Assembly: GCF_006345805.1 (NCBI RefSeq)
Contig: NC_043010.1
Location: 63,426,001-63,490,000 of the forward strand
Reading direction: 5' to 3'
DNA: 64,000 nucleotides
DNA from: Octopus sinensis
Lineage: Eukaryota
Translations under genes and position numbers: made by a program
Part shown: in pieces, positions 1-13,642 of the stretch
Layout of the letters: each line of letters starts with the position of its first letter
Position numbering within the stretch: position 1 is the first letter of the stretch
The notes under the pieces: model-generated
What the model was told of the DNA's origin: nothing
Seen by the model: only the letters and a program-made list of their open reading frames with translations
The model's database searches: none

Positions 1-75
1 ATGGATTTTTTATACATCTCAGATATTTTTAAGTTCAAGGCGAGAATATGTTTTTACTGACCTGTCGGTATTAGC

Positions 76-107
<32 letters not shown>

Positions 108-192
108 GTATATATATATGTATGTATATATATATGTATATATATATGTATGTATATATATATGTATATATATATATGTATATGTATATATG

Positions 193-227
<35 letters not shown>

Positions 228-1330
228 GTATATAATTCTTTAAGTTATATATAGTTAGATGGAAACTTAATGTTTCCCATATTGAGTACTGTCCTTTCTC
301 TTTGTTTAAACTCTGCTCATCTACAGATAAATACAAATGATTTAGGAATGTATTCTGTTGTGTCTGGGGAGAGTCATTCTCTTTTAGTGCCTTGTAATTT
401 AACACACTCACCGGTAAAATTTCCACTCATTTACTTATTTATTTAGAAATGAATTTCTATATAAATAAATAAGATTATATCAATGTATGTGTGTGTATCT
501 GTGCATGTGTTTAAAATGTATGTATAATAAATAGTTATGTAATGAATATGTAATTAGTGTATACATATGTGGCTGTCTGGTAAGTAGCTTGCTTACCAAC
601 CACATGGTTCTAGGTTCAGTCCCACTGCATGGAACCTTGGGCAAGTGTCTTCTCGTGTCACCTCGGGCTGACCAAAGCCTTGTGAGTGGATTTGGTAGAC
701 AGAAACTGAAAGAAGCCTATCGTAAATATATATATATATATATATGTGTGTGTGTATGTTTGTTCCCTCACCATCACTTGACAACCAATGTTGGTGTGTC
801 TACGTCCCTGTAACTTAGCAGATTGGCAAAAGAGACCGATAGAATAAGCATTGGGTTTACAAAGAAAAAGTTCTGGGGTCGAGTTCTTCAACTTAAGGCT
901 GTGCTCCAGCATGGCCACTATCAAATGACTGTAACAAATAAAAAGGTAAAAGACAATATGTACTAACTTATAAATACATATATATATTTATACATACATA
1001 ATACACACAGATGTGTGTGTGTGTGTATACATAACACAATGTATAAATAATGTTCATTCATATTTTTCCTTTCTTAGAGTAAATTTAGCTTATAAATGAC
1101 CATTATTTATACCTTGTCTTATATATATATATATATCATTCTGTGTAAAAACCAGCTTGATTGGAGCCCAATTTACAATATTTAGAATTGTGAAGAACCC
1201 TAACCTTGGACCCTGCTACAGGAACCCTTGGAGTTCCTCACTAATCTGAACAATATGGTTAGCCTGGTGTGCCAACTGATAATCCCTCACTATTAGATCT
1301 GTTCATATATATATATACATTCCGAAATGT

Positions 1331-2308
1331 AACTACACGTAGACTGTTGGTAATTTTTTTTTCTCTTTCTTCCTTTTCTTTTGGGACTTCCTTATGTCTC
1401 CTGTTTCCAAAGAAGAGCTTTGCTCGAAATGTAAAACAGCCACTCTTTCTTTCCTTCTCTGAACATCTTATTAATACTTTGCATGTACCATGTCCTTGCG
1501 TTGTTGTTTTTTTTCTTGTCTTTTTTCCTTTTTATTTCTATTAATTATATATCATCATCATCATTTAACATCCAGTTTCCATACTGGCATGGATTAGACA
1601 GTTTGATTGGAACTGGTAAGCCATAGAGCTACACCAGATTCCAGTCTGAATTGGCATGGTTTCTATGGATGGATGCTCTTCCTAACACCTATATATATAT
1701 ATAACTACATGTGGATTGTTGGCAATTTTTGTTTTCCTCCGTCTTCCTTTTCTGTTGGACTTTCCTCTGTCTCCTGTTTCTGAAGAAGAGCTTTGCTCAA
1801 AATGTAAAACAGCCACTCTTTCTTTCCTTCTCTGAACATCTTATTAATACTTTGCATGTACCATGTCCTTACATTGTTGTTTTTATTCTTGTCTTTTTTC
1901 CCTTTTTTTTCTATTAATTATATATCATCATCATCATTGTCATCATCATTTAACATCCAGTTTCCATACTGGCATGGATTAGACAGTTTGATTGGAACTG
2001 GTAAGCCATAGAGCTACACCAGATTCCAGTCTGAATTGGCATGGTTCTATGGATAGATGCCCTTCCTAACACCTATATATATATAACTACATGTGGATTG
2101 TTGGCAATTTTTTTTTTCCTCCGTCTTCCTTTTCTCTTGGACTTTCCTCTGTCTCCTGTGTCTGAAGAAGAGCTTTGCTCAAAATGTAAAACTACCTTTC
2201 TTTCCTTCCCTGAGAGCCTATTAACACTTTCTGTTAATACTTTGCATGTACCACTTCCTCACGTTCTTTTTTCTTCTTGTCTTTTTCTTCTCTGTTTTTG
2301 GTTTTTGA

Positions 2309-2320
<12 letters not shown>
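1331..2320 (+). repeat. Tandem ~375-bp repeat (about 2.6 units), each unit with a decayed minimal hammerhead
   Basis: Units start at 1331, 1703 and 2085. Motif ctgttt-CTGAAGAAGAGCtttGCTC(G/A)AAATGTA-aaacag at 1401-1439, 1774-1812 and ~2156-2192. The first two units also contain an antisense RTE-X 3'UTR piece. Confidence 0.85.
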
Positions 2321-2341
<21 letters not shown>

Positions 2342-3919
2342 CTGCGTGGCATCTTGGGCAAGTGTCTTCTGCTATAGCCCCGGGCCGACCAATGCCTTGT
2401 GAGTGGATTTGGTAGACGGAAACTGAAAGAAGCCTGTCGTATATATGTATATATATGTATATGTGTGTGTGTTTGTGTGTCTGTGTTTGTCCCCCTAGCA
2501 TTGCTTGACAACCGATGCTGGTGTGTTTAGGTCCCCGTCACTTAGCGGTTCGGCAAAAAGAGACCGATAGAATAAGTACTAAAAGGTGGTGCTCCAGCAT
2601 GGCCGCAGTCAAATGACTGAAACAAGTAAAAGAGTAAAAGAGTAATATATATATATTAGGTTAGTAGAGTTAGGGATAAAAATATCCCATTTTACTACCT
2701 GTATAATTACGTATGTTAACCATGAGCATACATATGCCCATAGATTACAGGTAATGACAAAGATAAACATGAGTTTATCAGGAATCAAATTTCTCCATTT
2801 TCTGTCTATATATATATATATATATCTATATATGTATGTATGTATATATATAATATGCATATATGGGTATAGGACATCACCAACTGTGCAAACAGCATGA
2901 AATATGTAAACGAGAAAAAAATGGAAAACAGGACAAGTAAATACAGAGAAAGGATCCCTCATCAGTTGTTGGCTGTCTGTCTACTCCTCATTTTGAGCAT
3001 TCAACAACAATATGAGTCTTCAAAGACAGTTGTTGCCATAAATTCTAAAACAAAATTCAGGATTTATGGAGGGTGTGTTTTTCGCTATAGTCCTGAACCA
3101 TCCAAAACCTTGTGAATGGATTTGGTACATGGAAACTGACCGAAGCCTGTCTTTTATACCTCAGCCTACATTCATGCATGAAGAAGGTGTGTGGCCTTTG
3201 TTTAATGGTGTTGCACTCATTATCGCAAGATCATGGTTTTGATTCCCAGATTGAATGATGTGTTGTGTTCACTCTGCAATCACTTAGGCACCAAGTGTGT
3301 GGCACACTGTGCCTCTGTACAGGCAATGTCAGTTTGGTGGAGAGGGCGAGCTAATGTGCAGCACAAATATTTGATCACAATAAACGAATCGTGTGTCCAG
3401 GTTGTTTAGCAAGAAATAGTGGAGTCCTTATCTGTCGTCTACAACAAGAGAGAGATCGCAATGTGTGTGTGTGTGTCTTCTTGCCTTGACTTTTTTGTGT
3501 GATAATTATAAAATAAGTGCCATTGTGCTGTGTGTATTTTGTTTCCAATCTTCTGTGAAAACATGTCATGGGATGAATATTACCTTACCTGGAAACAGGT
3601 GAGAATTAGAACATTGATATGATGATGATGATGATGACCGTTTAATGTCCGCCTTCCATGCTGGCATGGGGTATCATCATCATCATCATTTAGCGTCCAC
3701 TTTCCATGCTAGCATGGGTTGGATGGTTCAACTGGGGTCTGGGAAGCCAGAAGGCTGCATCAGGCCCAGTCAGATCTGGCAGTGTTTCTACAGCTGGATG
3801 CCCTTCCTAACACCAACCACTCCGTGAGTGTAGTGGGTGCTTTTTACGTGCCACCCGCACAGGTGCCAGACGGAGCTGGCAAAGTGCATATATATATATA
3901 TATAATATATATATATATA

Positions 3920-4065
3920 AATTATAAATTAGGGTATCTATGAGATACCACCATGCTGAAAATAGCAGCCATGATCTGACTCTAAAACCACCATGGTTTT
4001 TAGAGTCAGATCATAGCTGCTATTTTCAGCATGGTGGTATCTTGTAGATACCCTAATTTATAATT
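3920..4065. repeat. Near-perfect 146-bp fold-back
   Basis: aattataaattagggtatct...ctctaaaacca / tggtttttagag...agataccctaatttataatt; 3 mismatches and 1 indel. Confidence 0.85.
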
Positions 4066-4175
4066 TTAATAATTATTACCTTTGAAGGTTATTTTTTCCA
4101 TGCTGACCACTTGATAAAATTGTTATTTTATTTTTAAATTAATGCTCTTATTCTTATTTATATATGTATATATAT

Positions 4176-4217
<42 letters not shown>

Positions 4218-4259
4218 ATAGTATACATAAAAACAACAAACATTGACTGTAGTGTTTGA

Positions 4260-5690
4260 TAATATATTTGTGATCATGAGGAAGGGTCTAAGCACAATGC
4301 CCTGATGGACACCCCTGTTCTCCAAATTCATTGTAGAACTCATCACTCTCTCTCTCATCTTGCTGACAGTATCCCTGTTTGTTGTTTGCATGGTTCTCCT
4401 GGGTCATTATTTTATACCTAATTTTTGTAACCACTACAGCTCATGACACCCTTCCAAAGGTCTTCTCCAGCTCAAGTGAATGCTAGATACAGTAAACTCA
4501 CTTTAGCTCGTAACTTTTCCTCTTGTTGTGTCACCAAAAAGTGAGCATGGGTTTTATTCCATTCTGGCTCAAACATGTGTCTTGTCTAAGTTGATTCTCT
4601 TCCTAATCAACAGTACACCATTTCCTTCCATTACCTCCATAATTTGTCTCATGAGTTCCTCACTGTTGAAGTTGCTTCTTTCTAGAGTATCTCCTTGACC
4701 CTTATAGCAAGATATGATGATGATGATGATTGATACTGCCCCACCATTACCATCTTTGTACTGTCAGACCGATTATGTAAGGGATTTATAATGTGTCCTA
4801 CTTTGCCAAATACTTTCACTATTTCACTGACTATCCTTGATTGTCACTCACTTTACCCTCCTTTGTATCTTTAATCACCTTTTTGACTGTTAAGCTGTTG
4901 ACTTCAATAGCTTGACTTCCTGTTGGGTCTACTTGTGATAATCCACCTTTTCCCATATCATTCTCCTTATTCAATGACCTCTTGTGTAGCTATTTTCTTC
5001 CTGCTGTCAATGAAGGCAAGCCACACTCATGTCATTCCACACATATTCTTTCACCAACAACACACATCATCCACATTGACACACCACTGCTATGCAATCC
5101 AGAACATCTCTCACCTCTGATACTCTCATCACACCTTGTCTCCTTGCCAACCACACCTGACATCCAGCCTCCTCTCTTCTCACTAACTGGTACCGCTCCT
5201 TTGGCCTTCCCTTTCTTTCAATCTTTCCAGGCTTGTCTCTTAATTTTTGTGTCTGTCTACTCTACTATTCTTCTACCATATCATATTCTGATTCTATCCA
5301 CAGATCTACTCTGCTGCCCACACTGTGTTGTCTGCTCCATAGGAACTCCCAGTTGCTTTCTATATTGCAAGTCTATCTCTGCTATTCTGTCATACTTAGC
5401 TCCCACCCTCCTTTGGTTGAGGTGTCTTTTAGTTTCCCTGTCTCCATTCTCTAGATTGTTTGGTTTCTTTGAGTTTGTCCTTCCTAAAGCCAACCATGAA
5501 ACAGACGTGTATAAAACGCACACAAGTAATTTTTTGAGTGTCACCATCACTGTTATGTCTCTCATAAATATTCTTAATGTTCAACCACTGAGCTTCCTGA
5601 AGGCTGTTGACATTCTGGGACTGTGTCTAGAGCAGTGCCACTCAGCCTTTTTAATATCCAGGCCAGATTCAAAACCTGGATCTCTTTAGG
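4260..5690 (-). mobile_element. Degraded RTE-clade (RTE-X-like) LINE ORF2 fragment
   Basis: Minus-strand frames give RT-like pieces RGVHQGIVLRPFL (cf. GVHQGSVLSPLLF) and CYKGQGDTLERSN (cf. YKGKGD..NYRGI), with many stops and frameshifts. Confidence 0.55.
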
Positions 5691-7724
5691 GAGTCACACC
5701 AAAAAAAGTAAAACACAAGCCAATTAAAGAGGAATTCGTTGTGCTTATAGAGGGAAGACAGTGAAGGGCTGCTTCAAGGATGCTTGAGGGCCGCAGTTGA
5801 GAATCAGTGGCCAAAGCAGAGAAACATGTGTCTGCATTTTATTATTATTTACTCCACAAAGCTTTGCTGTCCTATATCATCATCATCATCACCATCATCT
5901 TTTAACCTCCATCTCCTATACTACCGTGCATTTGAGGATTTGACAGGATCCGATGTGTCGGGGAACTGTGACGTGCCCCAATGTCTACTTTGGCATCGAT
6001 TCTGTGACTGGATGCCCTTCCTCATGCAGATCCCTTTGCACATAGTTTGTGAGTCAGGAGAGTCGTTAAAGGGTCAGCTAGAATACTTTGTGGTGTTCAT
6101 CCTAGCTATTTCTGATCTGAACTCAGATTTTACCAAGGCCATCTTTGTCTTTCATCATTTTGGGGTTGATAAATAAAATGCTGGGGTTGGTTTCTTCCAT
6201 CTTTCTGGAAAGAAATTGGCTCTATTCAGACTTGGAGAGAGACAAGACCCACCAGATTTAAAACAAGGGAATTTATATCACAACACCACTCCTATGACTC
6301 CATCAAAGAAAAAAAAAAAGAGAGAGAGATGCAAATGTAGTTTTGCGATTAAGAAAGTTGCTTTGCAAAATCTGGGTTCCTGGTTCAATCAGACCGCATA
6401 ACCTTGGACAAGTTTTTTTTTACTGTAACCATTGATTTATATTTGAATGATATTTGAAAATCATTTACTTTTCATTTTATTTCACTCGGATGTTCCCATA
6501 TTTTGGTTGAAATATACTGCTTTAGTTTCAGTTAATTTTGAAATTGGTGAAGAATTTTGTAAAATAATTGTCATTATAGGCACAGGAGTGGCTGTGTGGG
6601 AAGCAGCTTGATTACCAACCACATGGTTCCGTGATCTGTCCCGCCTTGGGCAAGTATCTCCTGCTATAACCTCGGGCCAACCAAAGTCTTGTGAGTGGAT
6701 TTGGTAGATGGAAACTGAAAGAAGCTCATCATGGATCTTTTTCTTTTGAACGGCACACGTCAACACAATTTCTAGTTAACTAAACATTTTAAAACTTCGT
6801 ATACTGGTAGAATGTGTCAAAATAAAACATTTTTTCTCTTGGCTTTCTTGAGAAAATTGTAATTTGTTAGTTTAACGTAGTTTAATTTTTTGAATTTTAA
6901 CCAATGAATCGCCTCTAGTGAGCTAAAATCATTTGCTGCGTCTAAAACTGAGACAACATCCTGTCACTAGCCCTTACCCTCACCCTTATGAACAATGATG
7001 ATGGTGTTTAATTATATATTAATTACAGATGTAGAAATACGCGATGCTATCAAACAGTGGCAAAAGTTATGTTCCTAATATATTACGTGTCATATGATGT
7101 ATAACATCTTAGTTAGAATATGATAATCAAGGGAGATAAATCTAAGATCAGAGTTATCTTTCCTTGGGGGACAGAAAAACAGAAAGAGATATACTGCCAA
7201 TTATATTAATATTTTCTCTTTTATCTTTTACTTTTTTTAGTCATTTGACTGTGGCCATGCTGGGGCATGGCTTTGAAAGGTTTAGTTGAACTAAATGACC
7301 CCACTACTTTATTTCAAAGACTAATATTTATTCTATCAGTCATTTATGGCCAACTGGTAAGTTACACGGATGTAAACAAACCAACTCCAGTTATCAAGCA
7401 GTGGCGAGGGACAAATACAAAGATACACAGATAGACATACATATATATTTATATGATGGGCTTCTTTGAATTTCTGTCTTCTAAATCCACTCACAATGGG
7501 TTTGGTTGACCCAAGGCTATGGTAGAAGACACTTGACCAAAGTGCCACACAGTGGCACTGAACCCATGACCACATGGCTGGAAAGCAAGCTTCTTAGCGA
7601 CACGGCCACATCTGGCACTTCTGCTTTTGCATATCCCTGCCATGTGGTATATCAGAGGGGCATGTTGTCTGAGGAGCCATGATGGGCGTTGCCAATGTTG
7701 CATGGTCCTGATATGGGTATCTCT

Positions 7725-8290
7725 CTATCCGCTCAGTCGAAGTCGACTCTCGGTCACTCGTTGGATCAGTGTCCTCCAGTCAGTTCTATCCTGGGCCACT
7801 TCCTTCAGATTGGCCATGTCCATTCCGGTATCACTCCTGATGGTGTCAAGCCAGCGGGTTCTTGGCCAGCCTCTTCCCACTGACCATTCCGAGCATGGTG
7901 TCCTTCTCCAGGAATTCTCTCCGCATAATATGACCAAAATATGCCAATCTATGCTTGGTGATCCCAGCTTCTAGCGACATTCTCGGCCTTATCTGCTTAA
8001 GAACTTCTCCATTGGTGAGCCTCGCTGTCCATGGAATCCGCAAAAGTCTTCTCCAAAACCAAAGCTCGAATGCATTAATTCTCTTCTGGTCAGCTTTCTT
8101 TAGTGTCCAGGTCTCGCATCTATATGTTGCTATTGGGAAGACAATTGCATTCACCAATCTGCATTTGGTAGCGAGTCTGATGTCTCTACTCTTCCAGACC
8201 CTGATCATGCTGACCATTACCTCTCTGCCTAGTACTATCCGCTGTCTTATTTCTGGAGTGCAGTCACCATCTCTATTGATATGGGTATAG
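7725..8290 (-). mobile_element. 5'-truncated RTE (BovB-like) LINE, ORF2 C-terminus
   Basis: ATYRCETWTLKKADQKRINAFELWFWRRLLRIPWTA...RLAYFGHIMRR and GRGWPRTRWLD...QDRTDWR are typical RTE C-terminal motifs; one frameshift near 7900. Confidence 0.9.
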
Positions 8291-8389
8291 CCCTACATAT
8301 ATCATATGATCACTGATCACAATGCGTTTTGCATCATTTTAGCAAGCAGGTCAATGTTCTTCCTGATCAGAAAGCCAATCCTTTGCAGG

Positions 8390-8815
8390 GTTCTCCATTT
8401 ACAGCTGAGTGGCCTCATTGTGGAGGGTACCTGTGGAAGGGGTATACCCAGGAAGCCATGGGATGTTGTGGTGAGAAGGGATCTATGGATGCTGGGCCTT
8501 ACTGAGGAAACGACAAGGGACCGGGAGATGTGGGGATTTGCTGTACCTGAATAAGAAGCGTCGAGCTAAATAAAATCACTGGCTTCTGCACAAACAGGGT
8601 TGTCCTTTCAGGTGCTGGTGCCACATCAAAGGCACCCGTGCCAGTGGCACGTAAGCAGCACCCAACACATTTTGTTAAGTGGTGGACATGAGGAAGGGCA
8701 TCCAGCCATAGAAACCATGCCACAACAGACAGTTGGAGCCTGGACAGCTCCCTGCTAGCCTGCTCCATGTGAAATTGTCCAACCATGCCAGCATGGAAAG
8801 CAGACATTAAATAAT
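8390..8815 (+). mobile_element. 3' end of an RTE-X-like LINE (ORF2 end plus 3'UTR)
   Basis: VEGTCGRGIPRKPWDVVVRRDL...RDREMW is followed by the ggcacgtaa...aggaagggcatccagc...catggaaagcagacattaaa sequence that recurs throughout the window. Confidence 0.7.
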
Positions 8816-9342
8816 AATTAGCAAGCTGCACAGTGCTTATCCTAATTAAATCAATGAATATTACTCACCAAATATAAGAATAAGTAATTTCCAACTCATT
8901 ATAATGCAGTAAATGGCTGATATTTCAGACATGTTAGACGGGCACAATATCAGCCGCCTTTCAGCCTGTATATGTGAGATGTAAAAGCTATTAATCTCAT
9001 TTGCAAGGAGTTCAGTTTCATAAGGCGTACAACATAGTGTCATGGAAACAGAATAATATCTACTTATGTTTAGTGTCATTACAAAACTGTGAAGTGTATG
9101 CATGTGTGTTTGCCTCTGGTGAACAAGCTGATTGTCACAAGCATTTTATTTTGTGTGTGTGTGTGTGTATTTTCATTTTGGTTGAATCAGTCTGTTTTTA
9201 CTCTGAAGTTTGCCTGTGGTCACGCAGCGTCCTCAGGCAACAGATATGAGTGCGTGTGCATATATATATGTATATATATATATCTGTTGATTCACTAGAA
9301 GCAATAAATAATTGAAGGACTCAATACAAGTGTATTGTGTTC

Positions 9343-9571
9343 TTAAACCCTTTCGTTATCATATTTCTGTTGAGATGCTCTGTGTTTCTTTCAATTAATT
9401 TTAAATATAACAAAGAGTTTAGTAAAATAACTTAGTTATCGTTAAGCTAGTGTTAGGAACATAAATTGTGACTAAGGTTTGGTGGAAGATTTTAATTCAA
9501 AACTTATGAAAACAAGACATTTGTACTGAGAGCCAGACTGGTTTCAGCCGGGTTGGTATCAAAAGGGTTAA
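9343..9571 (+). mobile_element. piggyBac-type non-autonomous element (~225 bp)
   Basis: TTAA(A)CCCTTT...AAAGGGTTAA ends. Same family at ~43490-43697, 43721-43939 (+) and 48356-48584 (-). Confidence 0.75.
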
Positions 9572-9960
9572 TACATTATAAATGAAAGGCTCTGATCTCC
9601 TGCACTCTGAGTTGCTTGTTTCTGTTCATTGGCTGGTAAACCAAGCCCGGTTTGCTTTTGAATATCTCTGTCTGAATATGTTTTAAAATAGGAAATGAAG
9701 GTTTGAAGGAAATGTTGATCCTTATGTTCTTTCGTTGAAAATCCTTTGTGAACGACACCTGCAACAACTAGTGCTTGACGCTCATGCTTTTGGATTTCAT
9801 TTCTGGTTCTTGTGCTAATATCACCATAAAAACTTCATAAACTCCTTACAAATCTGCATATCTGCTATGTTTTACACACACACAATCAAGTGATTCAACG
9901 GCTGAGAGTTTTGTGTGTTGGGACTTGAGGCACTCTGTCACATCTGCTGGTTATTAATGA

Positions 9961-9996
<36 letters not shown>

Positions 9997-11188
9997 AAGC
10001 ATAGCTGTGTGGTAAGAAGCTTGCTTCCCAACCACATGGTTTTGGGTTCAGTCCCACTGCATGGCAACTTGGGCAAGTGTCTTCTGCTATAACCTCGGGC
10101 AACCACAGCCCTGTGAGTGTATTTGGTGGAAGGAAACTGAAAGAAGCCCATGTATATATTTATGTGTGTCTGTGTTTGTCTCTCCCCCCCTCCGCCATTG
10201 CTTGACAACTGATGTTAGTATTTGTATGTCCCCGTAACTTAGCGGTTGGCAAAAGAGACCGATAGAATAAGTACCATGCTTACAGAGAATAAGTCCTGGG
10301 GTCAATTTCTATGAACAAAAGGCAGTGCTCCAGCATGGCCGCAGTCAAACGACTGAAACAAATAAAAGAATAAAAGGATATATATTTTTTTTAAAAATTG
10401 TATTTTCCTTTTTTGCATCACCAAACCCATATATGTGTGTGTGTGTGTGTGTGTAATCGTATTTTTAACCCCAACTCTGCCTTGCTTGTAAGGGTCACTC
10501 AGTTTTATTGAAGCAGATTTCTTGTGGCCAGATGCTCTTCCTGTTGCCAACCCTCACCTATTTTCCCCATGGCCAGATATATTTTCACAGAATATTGGAA
10601 ATGAACGACACTGCTTGTATGACAGTGACACTCATTTACAACTCTCGTGCAATGTCAAGATATGGAGACAACCCCCCTCCCTCCCACACACATACTCATC
10701 ATCATCATGATCATCACATAACGTCTGTCTTCCAATTTCATGTGAGGATGGGATGGGTTACTTAAGCCGTCCTACTTGTCCTGGTTCTCTGTCATCTGAT
10801 ACACATAGCAACAGAGATGAATAACCAGTCTTTGTATGGTGTTCTTGTATGACACACATTTTTGCCTGCTTTCCATGGATGAATGTGCTTCCGGTCACCA
10901 ACCACTTCACATTCTTTCATGCCACAAGCTCTACTGAGATTGTCTGCAATCGTCATCGTCATCATCATCACCATCATCATCATTGTCATTCAACATCTGT
11001 TTTCCATGCTGGCAGGAGCCAGAAAGTTTGGCAGGAGCCTGTTAAGGCCAGGAGCCGCACCAGGGCCCACAGTCTGTGTTGGCTTGGTTTCTACAGCTGG
11101 AAGCCTTCCTAACACCAACCACTCTACAGAGTGTACTTGGTGCTTTTTACATGCCACCAGCACCACTGCTTTTTACGTGGTGCCCACA

Positions 11189-11562
11189 TCTCTCTCTATA
11201 TAAAGCTGAAGTTGTCTGTGTATGGCAGGTTTGGTAGCCTTCAACTAACACTATCTCCTCCGAGACCCTGTGGTGCAAGTTGACCAAAATTGAGAGTATG
11301 ATAGAAGAAGGCTTGCTCTTCCTTCCATAGAAGAAAAAATTCAAATCAGACCATGTTAACACCAAAAATTATTTACATCTATGAAAATCTCTATTTCTTA
11401 CGATTTTGTGACTGCTGTTTCGCCATTTTTCGGTGTATTTCAACCAGAAAAATGTTCACTTAAAGAGAATAACAAGCTACATAATGCAAAACTTTTACTT
11501 TTCAAAAATTCCAATTCCAAAGGGTCGAAACAAACTCGAGCAACGCCGGGCGATACTGCTAG
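11189..11562 (+). mobile_element. Non-autonomous Helitron
   Basis: Starts TCTCTCTCTATATAAAG after an A and ends with a GC-rich subterminal segment (gagcaacgccgggcg) then CTAG before a T; no TSD. Confidence 0.65.
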
Positions 11563-12626
11563 TTTAATTCTAAAAGAATCCCTCTACTTTGTACCCAATT
11601 TTATTCAGTTTCTGCTCACCTAAATGAGTTGCCTTTGCTGTGGCTTCGGGAAGACACACTTGTGCCATTTCTTTCATATACTGCACAGTTTTCCCATCTG
11701 GATGCCACCCTTCTTGTCACTGATACTTAACGGTGTGGACTAAATATATTTTATTGTGACACCAGCTCTAGAGAGATTGAACTTTGGTCTTTGTGGTTGT
11801 GAACTGAAGTTCTTAACCATTCAACCATAGCTACACACACACATTCATGTGTATTATATGTATGTTATATAGAAATATTTATACAGGTGCTGGCATGGCT
11901 AAATGGTAAGAAGTTTGTTTCTGACCCACATGGTTCTGGGTTCAGTCCCACTGCATGGCATGTTGGCCTGTGGGCTGAACAAAGCCTTGGGGTGTGGATT
12001 TGGTTGACAGAAACTGAAAGAAGCCTGTTGTGTGTGTGTAGATTATATATGCATAAATTCTATGTATGTATACATGCACACATATGTATATACACTCACA
12101 TACATATACGTATATATATATATACATATACACACATGCATGTATCTATACATATATATATAAATATACACACACGCATGTATCTATATACACTCACACA
12201 CACATATACTATAGCAGTATCAACGCCAAACTGTCTTTAGGCATAAGCGAACTTGAGGTTATTTAAAACATGTTAGTGACATATTTCAACCTGTAAAGGC
12301 AAATCCACAGCAGTTCCCATGGAGAAAAATATTCTCTTTTATGGTAAAGAGGTGTGAAAACACCATATCTGTCCATTACTGCCTTTAGAAGTTGAAATGT
12401 GTCTCAAACATATTTTAACTAGCCTAAATTTTGCATTTAATAGGTGCAGGAGTGGCTGTGTGGTAAGTTTGTTTTTTTACGAACCACATGGTTCCAAGTT
12501 CATTCCCACTGTGTGGTACCTTGGGCAAGTGTCTTCTACTAGAGCCTCGAGATGTCCAAAGTCTTGTGAGTGGATTTGGTAGACGGAAACTGAAAGAAGC
12601 CCATTGTATATATATATATATATTAT

Positions 12627-12677
<51 letters not shown>

Positions 12678-12888
12678 ATAGGTTTACGTGTGTGTGTTTG
12701 TCCCCCCAACATCGCTTGACAACTGATGGTGGTGTGTTTACGTCCCCATAACTTAGTGGTTCAGCAAAAGAGACTGATAGAATAAGTACTAGGCTTCCAG
12801 AGAATAAGTCGTGGGGTCGATTTGCTCAACTAAAGGTGGTGCTCCAGCATGGCCGCAGTGAAATGACTGAAACAAGTAAAAGAGAGTA

Positions 12889-13105
12889 CAAGGGGGTGCT
12901 GAAAAGTTCCTGGTTTTAAAGGTTTCATGAAAGGCCAGGTTGGAAGCCCGACCTCTTGAGTTCTTTTACAGGGCTTAGAAAAACTGAAGGACCGCTACAA
13001 TAAGTGTGTGAACCTGAGAGGAGAATATGTTAAATAAAATCATAATTAACTGATCCTCCTGTATTTTCTTTTACCCAAAGCCAGGAACTTTTCAGCACCA
13101 CCTTG
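12889..13105 (+). mobile_element. Internally deleted mariner (MITE); second copy ~37947-38146 (-)
   Basis: TIRs CAAGGGGGTGCTGAAAAGTTCCTGG / CCAGGAACTTTTCAGCACCACCTTG; internal QGLEKLKDRYNKCVNLRGEYVK* matches a mariner C-terminus. Confidence 0.85.
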
Positions 13106-13232
13106 TGTGTGTGTGTGAATATATATATATAATATAATATAATATATATATATATATATATATAATGTATATATGTGTGTGTGTGAATATATATGTGTGT
13201 GTGTGTGTGTAAATATATATGTGTAAATATAT

Positions 13233-13642
13233 AGGCGCAGGAGTGGCTGTGTGGTTAGTAGCTTGCTAACCAACCACATGGTTCCGGGTTCAGTCCCACT
13301 GCGTGGCATCTTGGGCAAGTGTCTTCTGCTATAGCCCCGGGCCGACCAATGCCTTGTGAGTGGATTTGGTTGACGGAAACTGAAAGAAGCCTTTCGTATA
13401 TATGTATATATATATGTGTGTGTGTGTCTTTGTGTGTCTGTGGTTGTCCCCCTAGCATTGCTTGACAACCGATGCTAGTGTGTTTACGTCCCCGTCACTT
13501 AGCGGTTCGGCAAAAGAGACCGATAGAATAAGTACTGGGCTTACAAAGAATAAGTCTCAGGGTCGATTTACTCGACTAAAGGCGGTGCTCCAGCATGGCC
13601 GCAGTCAAATGACTGAAACAAGTAAAAGAGTAAAGAGTAAGA
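13233..13642 (+). mobile_element. tRNA-derived SINE group A (well-preserved copy, internal TA/TG microsatellite)
   Basis: Head with A-box TGGCTGTGTGG and B-box GGTTCAGTCCC; tail ggcggtgctccagcatggccgcagtcaaatgactgaaacaag(taaaagag)n. Copies at ~569-950, 2342-2645, 6579-6730, 10000-10378, 11885-12028, 12443-12886, 18281-18625, 40703-40915, 49190-49590, 49673-50055, 50745-51100, 57909-58290, 63575-64000 (+) and 7225-7612, 15265-16065, 38155-38505, 40925-41115 (-). Confidence 0.85.
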
